Source of the DNA: Azolla caroliniana
Lineage: Eukaryota; Plantae; Polypodiophyta
Assembly (NCBI GenBank): GCA_043228905.1
Contig: JBHGNT010000008.1
Span: 15,438,001-15,502,000, forward strand
Reading direction: 5' to 3'
DNA: 64,000 nt
Under the pieces are notes generated by a model, which ran no database searches, was not told the origin of the DNA, and was given only the letters and a program-made list of their open reading frames with translations. Numbering within the stretch: the stretch's first letter is position 1; each line of letters opens with the position of its first letter. The position numbers and the translations under genes are program-made. Of the stretch, positions 49,501 through 59,900 are shown piece by piece.

Positions 49501-51974
49501 GCAAATGGGTGTACAAGGTAAAGTACAATGCCGATGGTTCGGTCAATCGGTACAAGGCTTGGTTAGTGGCGAAGGGATACGCACAGACCCACGGAATCGA
49601 CTATGACGAGACATTCGCTCCAGTAGCGAAGATGATGACGGTTCGTGTGGTACTGGCGGTTGTTGCGGCAAGGGGGTGGCATCTTCACCAGATGGATGTG
49701 AAGAATGTATTTATTCAAGGTGACCTTGAAGAACGGGTCTATATGATCCAACCTCTCGGTTTTCAATCGGAGATGAACAAGTCAGTCGTGTGCCGGCTAA
49801 AGAAGTCCCTTTACGATCTGAAACAAGCCCCCCAAGCTTGGAATGCGAAGATCATGCACCAGTTGCGTAAGATGGGGTTTGTGACTTCTAAATCTGACTC
49901 ATCGTTGTTCATCTGGCAAGGTCCGAATGGTCCGGTTTGCATTTTGCTTTATGTAGATGATTTAGTCATCACCGGACCCGGATTCAATGAAATCTACTGA
50001 ATGAAGTCCCAGTTGTCGGACGCATTTGAGATGAAGGACCTAGGGGACCTTCATTATTTCCTTGGGATCGAGATGATCCGAACTCCCAACGGCATATTGC
50101 GCTCACAACGCCATTATGTGTTGAATATGTTGTACAAGTTCGGCATGACGGAATGCCAACCGATCTCTACACCCCTAGAACGGAACCTGAAGCTACGTCC
50201 CGCCTCCGGACCGGCCTGCAATGAGAAACGGTTCCGACAAATTGTCAGAAGCAGTATCTACTTGACAATCACCCGACCCGACATCAGTTATCCGGTCGGT
50301 GTGATCAACCAATTCATGCAGAAGCTAACCGTGGAGCACTTCAATGCACGCATCAAATATTGCGGTATGTGAGAGGCACGAAGGACCGGGGATTGTTATA
50401 CTGACACGGTATAGCTGGGAAGCTAGTCGGATACACATATGCCGATTGGGCTGGTGATGCATCGGATCGCTGATCCACCTCCGGTTACATGTTTTCTCTA
50501 GGTAGTGCGGCTGTTGCGTGGAGCAGCAAAAAGCGGCCAATAGTGGCTCTATTGAGCACTGAGACTGAGTACCGGAGCGCTACCAATGCCACATGTGAAG
50601 CCATCTGCCTTCGGCGACTGCTGCGAGATCTCCGGATAGAGGTGCCGACCTCGATCCTAATCTACTGCGACAACATAAGCAACATATAGCTCGCCAAGAA
50701 CCCTGTATTCCATGCTCGAACAAAGCACATAGAAGTGCATTATCACTTCCTGTGTGAGCGGGTCCTGAGCGGTGAAGTCGAACTTCGGTATGTTAAGACA
50801 AATCAACTAGTTGCCGACATCTTCACCAAACCGCTCGGATCGGACAAGTTGCAGCACTTCACCGAAATGCTTGGTGTTTAGCATCTCGACGTGCCGCACT
50901 TGAGGGGGAGAATGAGCATATGGGTGAAGGCAAAGAAACTAGTGCCATAACGGGCAAATGCAAAGAAACTGATGAGGGCACCAGACAAGGAACCGGAAGG
51001 GAAGAACCAACAAAGGGGGAGACAAGAGGAAAAAGGAAGCCGAGTCGACGAAGGAAGTCAGCACATCCGAACAAGTCGGAATGAGTGGTAGTGGTGGCAG
51101 AGCCGACTGGAAGGAGACATGGTCTAATGTTCAGACATGGTCTAATGTGGTGAAGGGTCTGAAACCAGAAGACGAGTTGGAGAACACCGACTCAGACAAG
51201 AGTGGGAACGAATCAGAGACAACCGATTTGTTTCAAAAGTTGGATTCGGAGGAGCCGGATCAACTAAAGGACAAGCGGACACGGATGCAGCAGAAGTTGA
51301 CGCCAACACGAAGGAACCGACGGGTCGACAAGCGCCGAAATTGTAGTAGTGAGGGAGCTGAAATGGGCTTGTTGAGCAAACAAGCCGACGGAGGAGGTCG
51401 AGGTGCGCAGAAGCAGAAGGGTCGTGACAAACAGGACCGGACCGGACGAGGAGCGCGAGCAAGGCGGAGCAACGCCAGAAGGAGCCAAGTAGAAGAACCA
51501 ACTGCCACGAACACTAACACCACGATCCGACCTCAAGTTGAGCTTGAGGGGGAGTGTTGAGCGAGCAAGCTCAACCTGATCCGGATCGGTATCCAGATGG
51601 TATCCGAAAACAACTGGCCGGATCGGGGAGACGAGTCGGAGAGCCGGATTCGAGCAAGAATCGGAAGCCTAGAAGTGCCTAGACTACTAGGTAATTATTA
51701 TCTCGTAGTTAGTGTTAATCACACGTAGAAATATTGAAGTACTTATCAGTACTTCTGTCAGTCCTGTATGGACTTGTATAAATAGTGTTGTTTAGCACGT
51801 TGTATGTATAGAGTGTTTTTATTATTTTGAATCAACGTTTACGTTCTGCTCTCTCTGTCTCTCCCGCGTATAATCTCTATGTAATAAGCTTCTCCATTAA
51901 ACCTTCATCTTGTTCTATGTTTCTATCCGGCTAAGCCGGTTTTGTCTAAACGATTCCGCACATTAACATTAACA
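46586..51974 (+). mobile_element. Degenerate Ty1/Copia with both LTRs (46586-47054, 51555-51974) and an extended 3' region
   Basis: TSD GTATG on both sides, PBS TGGTATTAGAGC and PPT at 51546-51554. Gag, PR (WYVDSGA), integrase, RT (YVDD) and RNase H pieces carry many stops. The LTRs differ by a 49-bp indel and SNPs. Confidence 0.93.
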
Positions 51975-52273
51975 GTATGTTTACAAGTACACCTCATATT
52001 TTTATAAAACTTACCAAAATAATATAAGTCTTTAACTTAGTGTTTGTCATGTCGCACATTAGTGAGATATTTTACCATTGTTGAACTTTATTATGCCTAC
52101 ATTAACTTATCAACACATCCAAACTTATTTGAATTTCTAATGTTCTCCACTCGGAGACCTATCATGTATTTTTATATTTGCAAATTCTAATAAAGTTGTG
52201 GAACATGTGATACTACTGCATCCAATTTTTGTAGAGAGGGTATATTTGGTTATTTTCAAGAAGATTCTACAAG

Positions 52274-52775
52274 TGGAATGCACGATCCTTCCACTTGTGA
52301 ATGTGAAAGTGTTAATACAAGATGAGATTAGAATACAACACTCTTCTCTACAGAGTGTATCAGCCACACAGGGCTCTTGGCGCCTAACCTCACTTAGCTA
52401 TGGCGCAGCTCTCACACTCTCTCTTTTCACTCTATCACTTTTCTATTCTACACAACTCCTTGATTTCCCTAAGTGTATTTATACTTATACACTGAATGGG
52501 CTATTTACAAATGTAGCCATTGCTAATATCATTTCTATTATTATACTAAATAACAATAATAGTTAATCTGTCGATTGATTGGCTAGTCAATTCGACTAGC
52601 CGACTTTGATGGCGATAGTCCAATTGGCCCGACTAGTTGGTCTTGTCTTTGACTTGGATCGTCTGGTGTCAACTCTTCATGTAGACTCTCTCTCAGTCGA
52701 CTCTCCATGACATAGACTGTTGGCTCTTGGTCCGACCAGTTCGGCACCACCCATAAGAGGGACATATTCATAACA
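52274..52775 (-). repeat. 3' LTR of the Athila-like element (left boundary approximate)
   Basis: The minus-strand PPT AAGGGGGAGTT (52776-52786) is followed by TGTTATG. TATA-like GTATAAATAC is present. Confidence 0.7.
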
Positions 52776-53277
52776 AACTCCCCCTTCACTCCTATGGGTT
52801 ATGTCAGTTAGTCCTATCCTTCGTTGATAGACTCTGAGTCTGTCCATCGATAGGTTTGTTGTATGTATGGCTGGACTAGCCGCAACACAGGTGTCTATCC
52901 GACACTTCTCCAAAGGGGTGGTAGGGATAGGATGTTAATACACGCGTATGATAATTACACTTAAGCACAGACGAAGACAAGATTAATCAGCATAAGCAAA
53001 ACTATATTAATTCTTCGCGCTTTCATTACAAAACATCGGATCCTTTTATAGGCATCCGGCCAGATTACAATCGGTGCTCGGTAAGCAACCGTCAACCGAA
53101 ACCGAATCGGTTCGGATCCGGATCGGTTACAACTACCGGATCCGTCCCTCCTAATAATTCTATTCTTATTTCTATATTTATCCGATCCGACCTTGCTTTC
53201 CCATTTGCCTTCTCTGACCGGCCAACACATGGCACGCCCGTGGGAAAGTGCATTGCACTTCGAACCCACAGCCGGCT

Positions 53278-56148
53278 TCAGTCTTCCTCCAAATTAGCAG
53301 GCAAACTCCGCTCCGAGGTTTCAAGTGTTGTTTTGCCTGTGCCGTCTCCGACGTCCGATTGAACTGGCTGCCTTTTCGCATCTTGCTGCTCCGACTCTGC
53401 TTCTACCGGTAGTACCGGTGTTTCTTCTGTATCCTGTCCGGGTCTGTCCTGCTCTACCTCCGTTCCGTTCCCGGTATCGCTTTCTCCGGTTTCCACTGGT
53501 TGTGTCCTTTCCTCCCCGGATTCGGTACTTCTCTGTCTCCACTCTGCATCATCCCCGGCATCAACCTGCTCTTGCTCCGGAAGTTCTTCCTCGGGTAATT
53601 CTTGTCGGGGTGCATTGTTGGTTGGGTCCTCTTCAGCCGGTCGCTCGCCCTCACTAATGGAGATCGGCGTTGTGTGGCCCTCGGCTTCCTGTCGCAGTCG
53701 CTCCTTCTCGTACCCTTCCAATTCTAGTTGGGTTTCGAGCTGCCCGTCATCCAACCTCTCTACTAACCCTCGGATTTCCTTGAGATGCTCTTCTGCTAGA
53801 GCATAGAAATCCTCCGACAATTCTTCCCGGATGTTGACGATACTTTCTTCGTCCATTTTATAGAACCCATCTCCGGTTTTCTTCCGATTCTCTGCATCAG
53901 CTCGGAGTGTCTGCAGTTCAGCTGCCTGTTGTGCCCATTCCTTCCAGAGTTTCTCCGTGCTTTCATTTATGCTGGCCTGAGCTCGGGTACTCCAGCTTGA
54001 CATGATGAACTTAATTCGGTCAACCCCTGCTTTAGCCTGTTCCGCAGCTGCTTGTTTTTCCCTCCTTATCCGTTTGATGATGTCCGCCATTAACTGAGTT
54101 TGAGCTTCAGAGTCGACTTTTTGCTTGTCACAGGTACTCCGCCATTTGTTGATTTCGAAAGTCAACTTCACTTTCTCCTCATTCCTGCTCTTCGTCAGCT
54201 CCCCTACTTTCTGCCGAAGTACTTCCATCTCTTTTCTTTGTTCCGACGTCAAGGTCTTCTCCACCGACACTTCCTTCCTTGCTTTGGACAATTCCAAGCG
54301 GTTTTCCTTGAGCTGCTCTTTCAGCTTCTCTAACTGTCGGTCGTACGATGCTGCCTGATTCTTGATGTCCGACGTGGCCTGTTTATAATCCTTACACAGT
54401 CGGTCGAATTCCTCCGTCTTCTGTTTTAGGCGTCGGTTCGCCTGATCTCGCAACCGATCATCCCGGTCCTTTTGTTGTCGGAGTTCCTCTCGCAACCGCT
54501 CGATTTCTTGCTCCATTCGTCGGCGCAGCCTATCTTTCTCCTTTTGCAGTGTCCCGTTTTCTTCTTGTAGTCGGTCATTGGTGGCTTTGCTTCGGCGAAG
54601 GCCTTCCTCCATTCGCCGTCTGTCGTCTTCTACCAACTGCCGCTGCTCTCTTTCGTTATTTCTCAATGCCTCCTGAGCCTGTAATTCTTCTTTCAAAGTT
54701 GCTATTAACTTCTCGGTCTCAGGGCCGGTTTGCAAGGCCTTCTCTGTTTCTGGTTCGGCTTGCTTTTCTGATGTCCCGACCGGCTCGGTGCCATCTTGTG
54801 CTTGTCGGCTGCCTTCTTTTGCCTGTGCTAGCTCTTCTTGCAGCTCATGTAATTGTGCCCGGAGCATGACCATATCCTTAGTCGTCGTCCTAGTCACTTC
54901 TTCTCTTTGCTCCTCCTCTTTCTCCATCTGGTCTGCTACTCCCGACAACTGCCCTGACACCCACCTTAGCCACTGTGCCTTTGTTCTGCCTTCGTTGGTG
55001 TTAGCAGGCGTACCTAGCTCCGACTGTTTTTCCGGCCTCTTCCCTTGCTCCGGTGCTTGTTCCTTCCTTGGTTCTTCGAACTCCGCCGCCGTCGGTTCCG
55101 GTACTGCCGTCTTTGGTGCAGACGAACCTTCATCCTGTGTCGCTTCTGTTCCGGTTACTGGTTCTTCCGCCCGTTGTTGAGTTCCGACCGCTGTTGGGGT
55201 CGGTCTTGTCGCCCGTTTCTCCTTTCCTTGCCTGGGTGGTAGTATTAACATCGGTTCGGATGACTCTTCCTCTGTTTCGGCGTCCTCCGTCGCTGCGACT
55301 ATCGGTTCCTTTACTGGTACCGGTTCCGATTCGAGCGTTACTGGTTCGGTATCGGTTTGCCTCTTGCTGGTTTTCTTCGCCAGCTTCTCCTTGCCTTTCT
55401 CCGCCTTTTTCTTCTTCGTGGTCGGTTGCTGTTGCTGTTTCTGTGGCTGTCGTGATGGGCCTTCCTCCCGTTGCTGTCGGGAGGAGTCTTCTTCCCGCGG
55501 TTGTCGAGATGAGCCTTCTTTCCGCGGCTGTTCTTCTTCCTGTGTCCATCCTGGAGTGTGTTTCTCTAGGATTCGTCGGCGTTTCATGGTTTGCTTCGGG
55601 GTAGTCTCCTGCCGACTTCTTTGCTTGTGCTTGATGGGGGACACCGGTGGGACCAACACTGTTAACCATTGGGATATTCCGGACCATGGCTTCTTCCCTT
55701 CCACCAAGTGCTTGATCGCCTCTTGCAGTCCTTCGGTGATGAAGTGGAGCCAGTTCACCTGCAGGCCTTCGAATGTCGCGGCGACGATCGCTGCTCGGTA
55801 TTTGGCTATGGCTGCCGGACGAGGGTTCACGAACCCATACTCCATCAGGGCGCGGGCCACCTCTCCGAACAGCCGGTTCTCTCCGCCCTGTGTGCGATAC
55901 GCCTTGCTGCTGAGGGAATATTCGCCGAAATACTCGAAGAATATTTGGCTCGAGGGTAGCTCTATTGTTTGAAGTCCTCCCTCCGAAATCCCTGTGAGTG
56001 CTTGTACCGCTCCTTCAGTGACCTCTGCTAAGTCCACCGCTGTTGCCGCCTGCTCTGGTTCCTTGTGTGGTGGAGCGTCAGCGACCCGCAGCAGCCCTCC
56101 TAATCCGTTCTCTGTCAGCCATTGGCGCGCTCCTTCCGACAGTGCCAT
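53278..56148 (-). CDS. Retrotransposon accessory (env-position) ORF, ~956 aa from MALSEG; globular N-terminus, long coiled coil, acidic tail
   Basis: Uninterrupted ORF between the pol stop and the PPT. Motif G..VNW..I...L...I..L..LT.L, and TATA-like CTATATAAAG ~135 bp upstream. Confidence 0.75.
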   Translation of the reverse strand: MALSEGARQWLTENGLGGLLRVADAPPHKEPEQAATAVDLAEVTEGAVQALTGISEGGLQTIELPSSQIFFEYFGEYSLSSKAYRTQGGENRLFGEVARALMEYGFVNPRPAAIAKYRAAIVAATFEGLQVNWLHFITEGLQEAIKHLVEGKKPWSGISQWLTVLVPPVSPIKHKQRSRQETTPKQTMKRRRILEKHTPGWTQEEEQPRKEGSSRQPREEDSSRQQREEGPSRQPQKQQQQPTTKKKKAEKGKEKLAKKTSKRQTDTEPVTLESEPVPVKEPIVAATEDAETEEESSEPMLILPPRQGKEKRATRPTPTAVGTQQRAEEPVTGTEATQDEGSSAPKTAVPEPTAAEFEEPRKEQAPEQGKRPEKQSELGTPANTNEGRTKAQWLRWVSGQLSGVADQMEKEEEQREEVTRTTTKDMVMLRAQLHELQEELAQAKEGSRQAQDGTEPVGTSEKQAEPETEKALQTGPETEKLIATLKEELQAQEALRNNEREQRQLVEDDRRRMEEGLRRSKATNDRLQEENGTLQKEKDRLRRRMEQEIERLREELRQQKDRDDRLRDQANRRLKQKTEEFDRLCKDYKQATSDIKNQAASYDRQLEKLKEQLKENRLELSKARKEVSVEKTLTSEQRKEMEVLRQKVGELTKSRNEEKVKLTFEINKWRSTCDKQKVDSEAQTQLMADIIKRIRREKQAAAEQAKAGVDRIKFIMSSWSTRAQASINESTEKLWKEWAQQAAELQTLRADAENRKKTGDGFYKMDEESIVNIREELSEDFYALAEEHLKEIRGLVERLDDGQLETQLELEGYEKERLRQEAEGHTTPISISEGERPAEEDPTNNAPRQELPEEELPEQEQVDAGDDAEWRQRSTESGEERTQPVETGESDTGNGTEVEQDRPGQDTEETPVLPVEAESEQQDAKRQPVQSDVGDGTGKTTLETSERSLPANLEED

Positions 56149-56943
56149 CGCTTCTTCTTCCTCTGCTGCTGCCTGTGGTCTGAGGTCGGGGTGTGGGTGT
56201 TCTGCGCGTCGGATCTCGCTGTCTCGAGCCTGCGTTTGCTTGTGGGAAAATTCGTAAAAAGTGAACCCTTCTCCGGTTCTTCCTTTATATAGTGGCGTTT
56301 CCCTGGAGCCGCCTTTTCCTCTTTTTCGCGCGTGCGTATCTTCTGCCATAATTAGCATCTTACTTTTTAATTTCGGCGTCTGCACGTCCTCTGCCTCGAA
56401 TAGTATGTCCTATTCTTGGCGCCTGCGCATGCTCTGTCATGAATAGCATGTCTGTCCTTTGCTGCCGCGTGTCATGCCTGCGCTTCTTTGCCGCGTGTGT
56501 CGAGTCTCCTACGTGTCTGTCATTATGACTCCTTACTTGACGCGCGTTTTAATCCTGTACCTTGGCCCCCCCCGTTCTGTGCTTTAAATAGCTCGTGCAC
56601 CCGTGTGACGGTTGTAACTACCTCCTTCATCATTACCATGATTTTCTTGATCCTCTTGTCTTGACTTTTCTACCCGTAGCTCCACGTCATTCTTTTTTTT
56701 TTTTCTTTTCTTTTTTTTTTTTTTTTTTTTTTTAATCTATTATAATCATATGCCGCATCATTGTTCGGTTCCCCCCGATGTGTTCGGGTCGGTGCGCACA
56801 GTTGTCGGTTCCTCGTCGTTGTTACGCTTCGGTGTCGGTTCGTCGCCATTCGGGTTTTCCGGGTCTTGCTTGAAGGGGTTAGCTGGCATGTGCCCCTTAT
56901 ACGGTTTTAGGCGAAACCCATTTGCCCATTTGCCCACAACTTC

Positions 56944-59900
56944 TGTTGGGCAACGACCCTTCTATTAACCTTCACCACTCGGCCACAACCGAGTAATCAC
57001 GAATCAATGGAGCAGAAAATGGAAATACAAAGATTAGAGAGGACACACGATTTATCGTGGAAAACCCTGTACGGGAAAAAACCACGGGAGTACAAGACTC
57101 CAAACCAACACTATGCACAGAAAGGTATACAATGGCGAGCTGCAAGACGACGACCTTGAGCTCGCTGTCCTCGCCACAGGCGGCGGAAATACACAGAGGC
57201 GTCGTCCTCTTCCTCTCTCGCGCTCTATCTCTCTCTCTCTCTCACGGCTGCTCTCTCTTCACTCCTCTAGAGTGGAAAAACAGAAAAATGAATAGCAACA
57301 GTAAAACTGTTTGCCCTAAGTCATATTTATACACATATGACTTTGGGGCTATTTACAACTATAGCCTCAAGGGCCCTTGGCAAACATATTCACAGATATG
57401 TCCCCGCATCCGGATCTCTCTCCGGGTACATTCGGCATCCGGCTCCGTAGCCGGGGTCTTCATCATCCGGATCCGAAACCGGGTCTTCGTCATCCGGTTC
57501 CAATACCGGGTACTCCTCATTCGGGTCTTCATTCCCGATTCCCGGACATCTGATCATCCCATCCGGAGGGACCGTAATCCCTACAAACTCCCCCTTCACT
57601 TCGGCATGGGATGTCTTTCCAGTCCGACCCTCTTCCGGCACGCTTCCAGCTTGTCGGGTGTGAGCACTTTGGTCAGCATATCTGACCCGTTCTCGTCCGT
57701 GTGGATCTTCGTCAGCACGAACTCCTGGTCTTCTATCCTTTCCCGGATCCAATGATATCTTCGCTGGATGTGCTTCGTCCGGGAGTGATAGGCCGCATTC
57801 TTCGCAAGGTGGATGGCACTCTGACTGTCGCAGTAGAGTCGGTACTCCTCCTGCTGGATACCGAGCTCTCTAATGAAGTCCTTCATCCATATTATTTCCT
57901 TGCCGGCTTCAACAGCCGCCATGTACTCCGCCTCCGTGGTTGACAACGCAACCGTCTTCTGCAGCCTCGACTGCCATGAAACAGCCCCCCCTGCATACGT
58001 CATCACATACCCTGATGTGGACCGGCTGGTATCTGCATCAGCCGACATATCCGAATCGGTGAAGCCGTCGAGTTCGGGCTTACCGGAGCCGAATCGGAGG
58101 CACACGTTTGTCGTGCCCTTCAGGTATCGGAGTATCCACTTGACCGCGTTCCAGTGCTCTTTGCCGGGATTGCTCATGTACCGGCTCACCACTCCGACTG
58201 CATATCCTATGTCCGGTCGGGTACACACCATCGCGTACATCAAGCTCCCGACGGCAGAGGCATATGGTACTTTCATCATGTCCTCCTTCTCAGCCTTTGT
58301 CTTGGGGCTTTGCTTGCTGGACAGCTTGCAGTTTGCCGGGAGGGTTGATCCGACCGGTCTAGCTTCCGACATGTTGAACCGGTGAAGCACCTTTGTCACG
58401 TACTTCTCCTGTGACAGCCACAACTGCTTCTTCTTCCGGTCCCGGATGATGTGCATCCCTAGTATTTGCCTCGCCGGACCCAGGTCCTTCATTGAGAAGG
58501 TTCGATGAAGAGCCTTCTTCAGCATCCGTATCTTGACCTGGTCTCGTCCGACGATCAACATGTCGTCCACGTACAGGAGGAGTATTAGAAAGTCTCCTCC
58601 TTCGAACTTCTTCACAAACACGCAGTGGTCAGACTGCGTTTTGAGGTACCCTTCGTCGGTCATGAAGGAGTCGAACTTCCGGTACCATTGCCGGGGAGCC
58701 TGTTTCAGTCCGTAAAGGCTCTTCTTCAACCGGCATACCAGGTGCTCCTTCCCTTTCTTCTCGAATCCTTCCGGTTGATGCATGTAGATCTCTTCATCGA
58801 GGTCACCGTGAAGGAATGCCGTCTTCACGTCCATCTGTTCTATTTCGAGGTCCATGCTTGCCGCTATGCTCAGCACCGTCCGGATGGAGGTCATCTTCAC
58901 TACCGGGGCAAATATCTCGTCGAAGTCGACGCCCTTCTTCTGCTGAAACCCCTTCACCACGATCCTGGCTTTGTATCTCGGGGGGTTTCCGGCATCTCCC
59001 GGTTTCAGCTTGAACACCCACTTGTTTCGAAGTGCCCGCTTTCCTTTCGGCAACTCCACAAGTTCATATGTGTGGTTCTCATGCAGGGAATCCATCTCGT
59101 CCTGCATGGCACTCAACCACCTGCGGCTCTGGGTGTCATGTTTCGCTTCTTCAAAGCTCTCCGGCTCCCCCTCGTCGGTTAGCAGCACGTGCTCTGGTTC
59201 CGGAAATCTCCGGGGGGCCCTTCTCTCTCTTAGAGGGTATCTCCGTTCAGGAGCTTCGGTAACCGGTTCTTCCGATTCTTCTTCTTCATCCGAATCCAGT
59301 TCGGGATCGGGGCCGGTTCCGGTATCGTTTTCATCTTCTTCGGCCGGTTCTGTTTCTTCATCGTCTTCGGCCGGATCCTCGAGTGCTAACCGGTCCCTTG
59401 CCGGTCGGGACTGCTCCTCGTAGAGTTGATCCTCACCGGTCGACTTGGAGCTCTTAATCTTCTTCTCCGACTCCCAGTCGGCGAGTGTCTTGTCCTCCAT
59501 GAAGATGATGTCTCGACTCCTGAATATCTTCTTGTCGACCGGGTCCCATACTCGGTAGCCGAACTCATCGTCGCCGTAACCGAGGAATATGCATGGCCGG
59601 GTCTTTGGATCTAGCTTTCCTCTCCGGTCCTTTGCCACATGCACGTATGCGAGACACCCGAACACCTTCAGATGCCGGTAGGACACTTCCTTACCGGTCC
59701 ACACTTTCTGCGGCGTGTCTCCGTCCAAAGGTACTGAGGGTGATCTGTTTATCACGTATGTCGCCGTCGACATTGCCTCAGCCCAAAACCCCTTGGGTAA
59801 TTTCGCATGTGCCAGCATACTCCGGACCCTCTCCATTATGGTCCGGTTCATCCTCTCGGCCAGCCCGTTCAGTTCCGGCGTCTTCGGCACAGTAAACTCG

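Noticed and set aside
52055-52064. TAGTG as a CACTA terminus for the MTase-bearing element
   Set aside because: No matching left TIR or 3-bp TSD was found.
57057-57755. Plus-strand ORF repeated at 61815-62354
   Set aside because: Antisense reading of the two identical LTRs.
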